NCBI GenBank assembly: GCA_965230905.1
Contig: OZ246396.1
Coordinates: 480,001-512,000 of the forward strand
Source: Candidatus Saccharimonadota bacterium
GTDB lineage: Bacteria; Patescibacteriota; Gracilibacteria; UBA1369; 2-02-FULL-48-14
Length of the DNA: 32,000 nt
Direction of reading: 5' to 3'
The notes beneath the pieces were generated by a model. That model searched no databases and was not told the DNA's origin. It saw nothing but the letters and a program-made list of their open reading frames with translations. Position 1 is the stretch's first letter, and each line of letters opens with the position of its first letter. Shown here one piece after another: positions 17,239 to 24,798 of the stretch. The position numbers were made by a program, and so were the translations under genes.

Positions 17239-17622
17239 GTGCAGGTAATCCGTCTGACCCGAATCGGTAAGCAAAATCAAGCTGCCTTCCGTATTGTACT
17301 CGCTGAAAAATCCAAAGCCGTTAAACGACAAAATCAAGAGATTCTCGGGTTTTACAATACTGCAGAAGGCAAGAAGATTGATTTCAATAAAGAACGAATT
17401 GAATACTGGATTTCTATGGGCGCTCAACCTTCCGATTCTGTGGCTTCACTTTTGAAGACCAACGGAGTAGCTGGAATGGAAAAGTTCATAGCTCCTCGCA
17501 ACAAAAAAACCATAAGCAAGAATGCTCCTGCCCCTGAAGCTCCTAAGCCTCAAGCAGCAGCTCCCGCTGCAGTGCCTGCCGCAGAAAATGCTGCAGCTAG
17601 CGACGCAGTAGTGGCAGCGTAA
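17239..17622 (+). CDS. rpsP: 30S ribosomal protein S16 with Ala/Pro-rich C-terminal extension
   Basis: (M)QVIRLTRIGKQNQAAFRIVLAEKSKAVKR...ERIEYWISMGAQPSDSV is a canonical S16 core. GTG start. Confidence 0.9.
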   Translation: MQVIRLTRIGKQNQAAFRIVLAEKSKAVKRQNQEILGFYNTAEGKKIDFNKERIEYWISMGAQPSDSVASLLKTNGVAGMEKFIAPRNKKTISKNAPAPEAPKPQAAAPAAVPAAENAAASDAVVAA

Positions 17623-17640
17623 TCCTTAACCCACCCTCGT

Positions 17641-17913
17641 ATGGCTTCTGATCTACACGACAGCGCTCGAGAATTTATTGAATTTGTTGTAAAAGCAATC
17701 GTAGACCACCCCGAAGAAGTGGAAGTTACCCAAACCGTGGACGACTTGGGTGTGCTCATCACGCTTAAGGTGAACAAGGAAGACATGGGAAAGATTATTG
17801 GAAAGGCCGGACAGACTGCCAAGTCGCTCCGTGTGCTGCTCCGAATGATGGGCGCTAAGCTCGATTCCCGTTACAATTTGAAAATCATTGAACCGGAAGG
17901 GGCATCCATGTAG
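17641..17913 (+). CDS. KH-domain RNA-binding protein (YlqC/UPF0109 family)
   Basis: EFVVKAIVDHPEEVEVT...KVNKEDMGKIIGKAGQTAKSLRVLL, in the conserved position after rpsP. Confidence 0.85.
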   Translation: MASDLHDSAREFIEFVVKAIVDHPEEVEVTQTVDDLGVLITLKVNKEDMGKIIGKAGQTAKSLRVLLRMMGAKLDSRYNLKIIEPEGASM

Positions 17914-17925
17914 TATGGGCTGGCT

Positions 17926-18324
17926 ATGAACTTTGCTTCTCTTGTAATCGCCACCGTAACCGAAGGGTCCGTTTTGGACGTTGCTCAGCAGTACGACGCC
18001 ATTGAAGTGATCAACCGGGCCATCGCCTACGCCATCATTGTGGCGGGGTTTCTAAGTGTGGTTTTCATTTTCTTTGGAGGTATTTCTTTCATTCTTTCCG
18101 GCGGACAAGAAGATAAAATCAAACAAGCGGTGTCGACCATTCGTTACGCGATTATTGGGCTGGTGGTGACGATGCTTTCCGTGGCCATTGTGGCGATTGT
18201 GGGGCGGGCGATGGGTCTCAATGTGATTCAGTACATCAACCTGGGTGAGATTTTTGATCTCATCGCAAATATCACTTCCGGAACGGATAGTGGGGGCGGA
18301 GGCGACTTCAATAATTTGGACTAA
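17926..18324 (+). CDS. Small two-TM protein, TrbC/VirB2-like (T4SS_pilin-type) candidate
   Basis: [56 protein letters not shown] matches the TM-GG...G(D/Q)..K...A...I..AiiGl-TM pattern of pilin-like proteins common in CPR genomes. Confidence 0.5.
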   Translation: MNFASLVIATVTEGSVLDVAQQYDAIEVINRAIAYAIIVAGFLSVVFIFFGGISFILSGGQEDKIKQAVSTIRYAIIGLVVTMLSVAIVAIVGRAMGLNVIQYINLGEIFDLIANITSGTDSGGGGDFNNLD

Positions 18325-19472
18325 CGTGCAAAAAGCCCTACGTAGTCTTTTAGAATAAACATACGGTTTCTTGAAAAACCCGTGATTTCTTTAAGAATTC
18401 CGATTTTTTCCAGCTCATTTATTAAAGTGTTAGCTGGAGTATTTGAGATGTTTAAATAACGCGCAGCACCCGCCGTACTGATTGCGGGGTCTGAGAAGAG
18501 ATGTAACAAAAGAGCGTGGGCTAACTTAGCACGACGCCCCAGGCTCATTATCTCTGTTTCATAACGCTGGCGAAGATCAATAATGCGTTCAAAAGTGGCT
18601 TTTCCCTTTTTTGCCGTTTCAATTACGGCCGTTAGGAAAAATAAAATCCACTGATCCATGTCGTTTCTCGTACGCACAAAGGTGAGTCCGTCGTAATATT
18701 GCCCCTTATTTCTTTCGAAAAAATCGGAAAGATATAAAGTTGGCTTTTGCAAAATCCCCAAGTTAAGTAGATGTAGGGTGATTAAAAGCCTCCCAATTCG
18801 ACCATTTCCATCCGAGAACGGGTGAATGGTTTCAAACTGATAATGCGAAATTGCTATGCGTATAAGGTTTGGCACCTTTAAACTTCGGTTGTTCCAAAAG
18901 AATTCCAAATCTTTGAGAAGTTCTGGGAGATCCGTTGGGTGGGGTGGTATAAAAGCAGCCGTTTGTATATTAGCTCCTCCAATCCAATTTTGGCTGGTGC
19001 GCACTTCTCCAGGGTGTTTACTTTCGCCTCTTACCCCGGAGAGCAGGATTTGGTGTGCTTCTTGCATCAAACGCATCGAGATGGGGAGTTCTTTTAGACG
19101 GTCGGCAGAATAATTCAAAGCCTTAACGTGATTCTGTACCTCCATCCAGTCATCACGTTTTTCAGGAGAGATTTCTTCTTCTGGCAAAACAGCTTCGTCC
19201 ATTTCTGTTCTGGTTCCTTCGATTTGGCTAGATTTTAAAGCTTCATTTCGAACGTGCATCTGTATAAAAAAATCCACATCAGGTACCAAAATGGAGTATG
19301 CATTCAATTCACCCAAGGTTCTCATGGCTTCCTCTAAAAGCATGGGTACTCTTTTATCTGCCCACTCATAAGGTTGATTTACTAGCGTTGGGAAAAAGCT
19401 TTCGTATTCATAATCCTTGTTATGAAATTGTTTTTTGTAGGTTCCAGATACGAAATTTTTTGAGAGATTCAC
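18321..19472 (-). CDS. Fic-family protein (class II, Fic_N + Fic + C-terminal wHTH)
   Basis: Fic motif [15 protein letters not shown]-terminal inhibitory-helix motif SSQIEG ([S/T]xxxE[G/N]). C-terminal HTH-like [24 protein letters not shown]. Confidence 0.85.
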   Translation of the reverse strand: MNLSKNFVSGTYKKQFHNKDYEYESFFPTLVNQPYEWADKRVPMLLEEAMRTLGELNAYSILVPDVDFFIQMHVRNEALKSSQIEGTRTEMDEAVLPEEEISPEKRDDWMEVQNHVKALNYSADRLKELPISMRLMQEAHQILLSGVRGESKHPGEVRTSQNWIGGANIQTAAFIPPHPTDLPELLKDLEFFWNNRSLKVPNLIRIAISHYQFETIHPFSDGNGRIGRLLITLHLLNLGILQKPTLYLSDFFERNKGQYYDGLTFVRTRNDMDQWILFFLTAVIETAKKGKATFERIIDLRQRYETEIMSLGRRAKLAHALLLHLFSDPAISTAGAARYLNISNTPANTLINELEKIGILKEITGFSRNRMFILKDYVGLFAR

Positions 19473-19512
19473 GGATAAAGAAGCAATAAGTGCGTTTATA
19501 TTACCACTTAAT

Positions 19513-19564
19513 TAAAAAAAGAACAATATGTTTCTTTGTATTGTTACTTTGTGCCGTAAGTAAC
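19513..19564 (-). terminator. Rho-independent terminator(s) after the glgA-like gene
   Basis: On the minus strand: GTTACTT-N8-AAGTAAC, then AACAATA-N10-TATTGTT followed by CTTTTTTTAATT. Confidence 0.5.
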
Positions 19565-19577
19565 AGTGACGGCGCGG

Positions 19578-20057
19578 CTAAAGTTTCATGAGGCCTTTTC
19601 CTTGGCTGCGGAGGTTTTCCCAGTCGTAGGCGAAGGCGAAGTTTTCGAGGGCGCGGACGATGGCGGCGTGGACGTTCCAGACACCCAGTTTTTGAAAGAG
19701 GAAGGAATTTCCGCATTCTTCTACCGGATTGTAGTTTTCGGCATCCTTGTGGAGGCCTTCCAGCATAACGGGGACAATGCCGCGCTCTATAATCATCGAG
19801 AATTGGCTGGGCAGGCTTTTTCCTAAAACCACCCAAATGTGGCCTTCCTCCATGGCTTCTTCAAAAGAAAAGGCGTGGGGAAGGGTTTTGCCGGCTGCGC
19901 CCAGGAGGCGGAAACGGGCGGGGAGTTCATCCAGACCGGGCAAAAGTGCGTCTACTAAAGCAGGGTCGGCGTCGCGGACGTCGAGGACCACGTGCGGGAT
20001 GCGGATTTTAAGCTTGAGTGGAGTTTTTGTTTTTGCCATACCCTTTTTTAGGCTCAC
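19578..20057 (-). CDS. Stand-alone C-terminal half of a glycogen/starch-synthase-like GT-B glycosyltransferase (degenerate)
   Basis: DPALVDALLPGLDELPARFRLLGAAG...GHIWVVLGKSLPSQFSMIIERGIVPVMLEGLHKDAENYNP...GNSFLFQ...AIVRALENF parallels the GlgA C-terminal Rossmann half. The N-terminal half is missing. Confidence 0.55.
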   Translation of the reverse strand: MSLKKGMAKTKTPLKLKIRIPHVVLDVRDADPALVDALLPGLDELPARFRLLGAAGKTLPHAFSFEEAMEEGHIWVVLGKSLPSQFSMIIERGIVPVMLEGLHKDAENYNPVEECGNSFLFQKLGVWNVHAAIVRALENFAFAYDWENLRSQGKGLMKL

Positions 20058-20198
20058 CTGAGGTGAGTGATTAGATCATTATATCACAAAGAAGCCCGGT
20101 TTTCTAGACCTATTTAGAGATCATAACTTTGGCGCCCTGAAACTTTATATTTATTCTTAGAATTGCTGAAACTTTATAAAGTTTGCTAAGCTCCAGGG

Positions 20199-21122
20199 GT
20201 GAAAAAAATCGTTATCCTAGACGCCAACGCCCTGATTCATCGCAGTTTTCATGCGGTGCCGCCCACTATTCACACTCCACAGGGAGAACTGGTGAACGCG
20301 GTGTTCGGGTTTACGGGGATTTTGCTGGGCATACTGGAGCACGAAAAGCCTGAATATATGGCGATTGCCTTCGATATGAAGGGTCCCACGTTCCGAGACG
20401 CGGTTTATACCGAGTATAAGGCCACGCGCGGGCCTATGGATGATTTGCTCGGGAAGCAGTTTCCTCGGGTGCGAGAGGTGATTCACGCCTTCAATATTCC
20501 TATTTTTGAGAAGGAGGGCCTGGAAGCGGACGACTATTTGGCGATTGTGGCGACGCAGGTGAAGCAAAAATACCCAGGTGTTGAAGTAGTGATTGTGACC
20601 GGCGACAAAGATGCACTGCAACTGGTGGAAGAGGGCATCACGGTGGTAGCGCCGATTAGCGGCTACACCAAGGTGAAACGCTACGAACGTTGGGACGTGA
20701 AAGAAAAAATGGGTGTGTGGCCGGAACAAGTGCCGGATTTTAAAGGACTTTCCGGCGACCCCAGTGACAATATTTCCGGTGTGCCGGGCATTGGAGACAA
20801 AACGGCGTGCAAACTGCTGGATAAGTGGGGCAGCGTGGAAGGAATTTATGAGCATATAGAAGAAGTGGAGCCGGTGCGAATACGCGAACTACTGCGAACT
20901 CACGAAGAAACCGCGCGGCTCTGCAAACACATTGCAACCTTGGTGAAGGAAGACGGCGTGAGCGTGGATTTGGACTGCTGCACCATGCACAAGTTTGATA
21001 TCGAAAAGGTGCGCAGCCTGTTTGAAGCGCTGGGGTTCAGGGGGCACTTGGCAAAAATGGAGCGGCTCAATAAAGATTGGGACAAGCTGCGGGTGAGCGA
21101 TGAGCAGGCGAGTTTGTTCTGA
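20199..21122 (+). CDS. Stand-alone 5'-3' exonuclease / flap endonuclease (Pol I N-terminal domain-like)
   Basis: GTG start. KKIVILDANALIHRSFHAVP, LEADDYLA, VTGDKDALQL, SDNISGVPGIGDKTACKLL (H3TH). Confidence 0.85.
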   Translation: MKKIVILDANALIHRSFHAVPPTIHTPQGELVNAVFGFTGILLGILEHEKPEYMAIAFDMKGPTFRDAVYTEYKATRGPMDDLLGKQFPRVREVIHAFNIPIFEKEGLEADDYLAIVATQVKQKYPGVEVVIVTGDKDALQLVEEGITVVAPISGYTKVKRYERWDVKEKMGVWPEQVPDFKGLSGDPSDNISGVPGIGDKTACKLLDKWGSVEGIYEHIEEVEPVRIRELLRTHEETARLCKHIATLVKEDGVSVDLDCCTMHKFDIEKVRSLFEALGFRGHLAKMERLNKDWDKLRVSDEQASLF

Positions 21123-21130
21123 GCTGAAGG

Positions 21131-22030
21131 TCAGAGAGTCGTATCCGTCATAGCCACGGTTTGATCTTTACCGATGGACGCTCCTCCCAGAGAAGTGTCG
21201 TGCAAAACGAGATTGTTCACATCAGTTGACCCGACCGCAACGACGGTGATATTTGCCATCGTCATGGTTAGACTTGAACCTGTTGCTGAAGCTCCATCAA
21301 TAGTACAGACGACCCTTTGCCCAAAAGCCACACAAATGATGTTGCTAGTCCCTTCAAGGCTTCCTGTGACAGCTGGCGTCAAGGCACTCACATCCAATTC
21401 AGGGGGAGCGGTGAATGTGATGGTGTCTGTAGCGGCAAGGGGAGTGGCAAGTGTTAAGTTCAGCGTGGCCAAGCTAACGGCACCAAGTTTAGGGTTGCTC
21501 AAGGTAAGCGTTGCGGCGACATCATTAGAGTTGACCGAAAGGCGAGTGCTACCCGCACCGGTGACGTACTTTGTGCCTCCGTCAAACGACCATTCCAATG
21601 CGGCGCCCGCCGAAGTAGCCTCTCCAACAAATCCAAGCCCTGAAATCTGAACGCTCTCACTCGCAGCAAAGTCAGTAGTAACGTCCAGCACCAGAATCTG
21701 ATTTGAAGCGTAGACAGCCGTGCTGCTAACCACACCCGTAGTTGGGTTTATAATTGTGGCCGTGGTGTCCAAGGTAAACCAACGAGCATTGACCGTTGAA
21801 GGGATGCGAATTCGAATATCATTCGCCGCCGTGATTCGTGGCGTGGAACCATCTATGATGGTCAAGGTATTTATGCTTTCGGCATTTCCACTCGTTGAAA
21901 GAACTTGAGGTGTACCCGTCATGCTAGCTGACCGTGGAAAGGCCCCTTGCAGGAGATCTCCTGATCCAAAGGCGAGTACTCCAACCGTGAGAAGAACGGC
22001 AATGACTGCTACAACAGAAAACTTTTTCAT
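21131..22030 (-). CDS. Secreted Thr/Ser/Val-rich beta-type surface protein (family member A)
   Basis: Signal peptide MKKFSVVAVIAVLLTVGVLAFG|SG followed by DLLQGAFPR. 299 aa with low-complexity beta-strand-like composition. Confidence 0.6.
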   Translation of the reverse strand: MKKFSVVAVIAVLLTVGVLAFGSGDLLQGAFPRSASMTGTPQVLSTSGNAESINTLTIIDGSTPRITAANDIRIRIPSTVNARWFTLDTTATIINPTTGVVSSTAVYASNQILVLDVTTDFAASESVQISGLGFVGEATSAGAALEWSFDGGTKYVTGAGSTRLSVNSNDVAATLTLSNPKLGAVSLATLNLTLATPLAATDTITFTAPPELDVSALTPAVTGSLEGTSNIICVAFGQRVVCTIDGASATGSSLTMTMANITVVAVGSTDVNNLVLHDTSLGGASIGKDQTVAMTDTTL

Positions 22031-22098
22031 AAGAATGAGTGAAGATGTGAGTAGTTTAGCAAGACAGGCATTGAAGGACTAGGGAATTCCGGTTAGTG

Positions 22099-22127
22099 TT
22101 GACAAAATGTCAATTTGTCCTTATGCT
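22099..22127 (+). promoter_or_regulatory. Sigma70-type promoter (TTGACA-17 nt-TATGCT) with palindromic -35 region
   Basis: TTGACA at 22099-22104 and TATGCT at 22122-22127. The -35 is part of the palindrome TTGACAAAATGTCAA (22099-22113). Confidence 0.45.
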
Positions 22128-22152
22128 AGCACCTCATTAAAATCAATGAATC

Positions 22153-22944
22153 ATGCGGCTCACCCCTTTTGCGCCTTTGCTACTAGTTGCTTGTACAGAT
22201 GGTGAGCCTGCTTTGGTTAAAGACCAACCGACTGAGCGGGATCGTGGAACTGAGTGCTTAAGTGAAGTTTCAGAAAAAGTTCGTCAAACTCTACCAAGCG
22301 TGACCTGCGTGGAGCGGGACATGACCCTTAGCTGTGAAGCTGTCGACCCATGGGCTTTTGCAGAGGTAAGACTGGATACTGGAGGGCGTGGCGCAACAGT
22401 GGTCTATACCCCTTCAGCAACTGTACAACGTCGTACTGAAGGATTAAATACTTTTGGCTTGGGGAACGACGGTGAGTGCCAAGACCTTCAAACGAGAGTT
22501 ACCCGAGTACTTGCGGATCAATTAGCAGATAGAGATATCCAGGGTATGCTGGCTGCTGAACAAAGTCTCCAAGCAAGCGCTGTCTTTAACGCAAAACCGG
22601 TGAGCCCTCAAGATGCGGGTGAACTTTATGGCTATAAAGGTATTGGCGGTAATATAATGTTCTCTAGGTCTGTGAAGGGACTTCTTCCAGGCTCTCAAAA
22701 ACTTGCCATAGCGTGTTATATCCCTGCTAATTTGGTGGTGAGCTGCGGAGGAGAGACCTGGCGTAATGAAAAAAACGGCGGTGGCATTGATTGTGAACAG
22801 GCTGATATTGACGCTTGTGCCGCTAAAGGCACCCTTCAAGAAGTTCTTGGGCGACTTCCAGAATTAGCGACCTGCGTTAAGACTACTAATGACCGAAAAT
22901 CCAGTGCCGCAGTCTGGGCTATTGGGACCTGCAGTGAACAATAG
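22153..22944 (+). CDS. Cys-rich lipoprotein, unknown function
   Basis: Lipobox LLVAC|T. Ten further Cys residues spread over 263 aa. No family recognised. Confidence 0.6.
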   Translation: MRLTPFAPLLLVACTDGEPALVKDQPTERDRGTECLSEVSEKVRQTLPSVTCVERDMTLSCEAVDPWAFAEVRLDTGGRGATVVYTPSATVQRRTEGLNTFGLGNDGECQDLQTRVTRVLADQLADRDIQGMLAAEQSLQASAVFNAKPVSPQDAGELYGYKGIGGNIMFSRSVKGLLPGSQKLAIACYIPANLVVSCGGETWRNEKNGGGIDCEQADIDACAAKGTLQEVLGRLPELATCVKTTNDRKSSAAVWAIGTCSEQ

Positions 22945-22971
22945 GCGTGTTTGTTTTATATTGCCTTAGTT

Positions 22972-23736
22972 ATGATTGACGATTCTGAAGGCACTTTCGA
23001 ATATATTCCAGATCTGGGCATCCAAGGAAAAATCATCAAGCCTGATTATTCCGATGCTCGTTTTCGTCAGTTTGGTGTTTTAGCGGGTGAGGGGGCTGAA
23101 GAGCTTGTTTTCAACCGAGAGAATTTTATTTCAAAGATTGCCGTCGCCGCTTCTAAGTATGGACTTGTTCTTTTCAGGACCTTAACGGATAGGCAACGAG
23201 CCTCCTTGAGAAGTCCCGCAGTGCCTTTTGGTTGGGATCCCATTCCCCCTCGTTCCGATCATGCACGTATCCCTCATACTGACGGGCTTGGGCCGAATTT
23301 GGAGGTATCAGCCCTTTGGCGACAGAAAGTGGTTCCTGGCAGCAGCACTGGTTTTGTAGGGATAGAGCCCGGTTTGCAGGTTATGAATCGGCATTTTGAC
23401 CTTTTAGCCCCCTTGGCCGGCGATTCGGAACTATTTGACGTTCAAAAGCGTTTGCGGGATTGCGAGAGCAGTGTGCACGAAACTGACTCGTCTTTGGCTC
23501 AAACCATTCAAGATCTCTATCATGTGCGGCAAAGATTGGAGGCGACGACGGGGACGGGAAGGGGAAAGAGGGGGCCATTCATTAAAAACGTGCACGCTGG
23601 GCTGCGCCACGAAGGCGTGTGGGCATTTTGGGATGAGATTGAACTCGCAGTGGTGGCGAACAAATGCCTTCATTTTGCTGGGGATGGAGACATGGACCCC
23701 AACGATTTATGGGTTTGTGATCTGCCTCTTCGTTAG
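22972..23736 (+). CDS. Uncharacterised protein, divergent TauD/TfdA-like dioxygenase candidate (paralog 1)
   Basis: Start moved to ATG 22972. KYGLVLFRTLTDRQRASL, RIPHTDGLG (HxD), GSSTGFVGIEPG, LAVVANKCLHFAG (distal His). Collinear with paralog 2 and with remembered E. coli TauD motifs. Confidence 0.5.
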   Translation: MIDDSEGTFEYIPDLGIQGKIIKPDYSDARFRQFGVLAGEGAEELVFNRENFISKIAVAASKYGLVLFRTLTDRQRASLRSPAVPFGWDPIPPRSDHARIPHTDGLGPNLEVSALWRQKVVPGSSTGFVGIEPGLQVMNRHFDLLAPLAGDSELFDVQKRLRDCESSVHETDSSLAQTIQDLYHVRQRLEATTGTGRGKRGPFIKNVHAGLRHEGVWAFWDEIELAVVANKCLHFAGDGDMDPNDLWVCDLPLR

Positions 23737-23784
23737 AGTAGCCCACGGCAGACGCTTGCCTTGGATGAGTATTTGTTGTAAAGT

Positions 23785-24543
23785 ATGCGTATTATGGAGC
23801 GTCCGACTGAATTTAGCCTGGAGGCCTTACCTGGGGTGCGGGGAAATGTGCTTGACCCTATTCATCCAGATCCTGCGTACCCATTTTTAGGGATTAGACT
23901 AAACGAGGGCAGTGAAACCATTCCGCTAACGCGCACTGGCATAAGAAAACATCTGACTGCTCTTGTTCGCCGATTTGGGGTAGTGGCTTTTAGTGAGTTG
24001 ACTGACCAGCAAAGGCAAACTCTGAATGGACGTGCTTTTGACTGGATTGGCCTGCCGGAGCGAGAGCCTTTTACACGGTTTCCTCACTACGATGAAGTCG
24101 GGCGTAGGGGTGTCACTATTCTGAGAAAAATCAAACCTGTGAGTTCAGGCGTAAGCACAGGATTCGCTGGTTTTCTGCCTGGTATAAATGCCATAAACAG
24201 CGCTGCGGAGCCCCTCGCTAAGCTCTTAGAAGGATCTCCTTGGGATACGCTTATAGGCGAGATCGTGCCGCCTTTTAAAGCTATGGCAACGGAGGGGGCC
24301 ATTTATGAGCGACGTGGCCAGGTTTCATCCTTTATGCGGGAGGCCGTGAACACGTTTCATAAATCTATTATGGATCGTGAAGGTGCCTCTGCGACTGTTG
24401 ACGCTATCCAAAGAAATTTGGCAACGGAGGGTGTGCACGTGGACTGGTCAGATACTGAACTGCTGGTGTTTGGCGACAATATTTTACATTGGGGTGCAGA
24501 GGGCCAATTGAATGGTTCTATAGTCTTTGGAGAGATCTGGTGA
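23785..24543 (+). CDS. Uncharacterised protein, divergent TauD/TfdA-like dioxygenase candidate (paralog 2)
   Basis: RRFGVVAFSELTDQQRQTL, RFPHYDEVG (HxD), SGVSTGFAGFLPG, LLVFGDNILHWGA (compare TauD IAIWDNRVTQHYA). Confidence 0.5.
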   Translation: MRIMERPTEFSLEALPGVRGNVLDPIHPDPAYPFLGIRLNEGSETIPLTRTGIRKHLTALVRRFGVVAFSELTDQQRQTLNGRAFDWIGLPEREPFTRFPHYDEVGRRGVTILRKIKPVSSGVSTGFAGFLPGINAINSAAEPLAKLLEGSPWDTLIGEIVPPFKAMATEGAIYERRGQVSSFMREAVNTFHKSIMDREGASATVDAIQRNLATEGVHVDWSDTELLVFGDNILHWGAEGQLNGSIVFGEIW

Positions 24544-24798
24544 GTAGTTTTTTTGTTCATGCGTTCTTGCCGCATAAAAGGCTTATTCATGCGGTCCGCG
24601 GGTCTCAAGCATGGCTGCGCATATTTTTTGGCTAAGGCAAGCCAATTTTGAGGAGTGGGGTGGGCTTGAGAATACGGCTTATTTTAGCCATGATTTTTGA
24701 GTAAAAAATAGGTTCAATAAGCGTTTTTTGGCTTCTAAAAGCCCTTCTTTTGCTTACAAAGGCTTGCGGGGGGTGAGCGGTTGTATTAAAGTCGGTTC

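Noticed and set aside
24559-24651. 30-aa basic ORF (MRSCRIKGLFMRSAGLKHGCAYFLAKASQF) in the spacer upstream of ftsA
   Set aside because: It is too short, with no RBS or promoter context and no recognisable family. It is probably a chance ORF.
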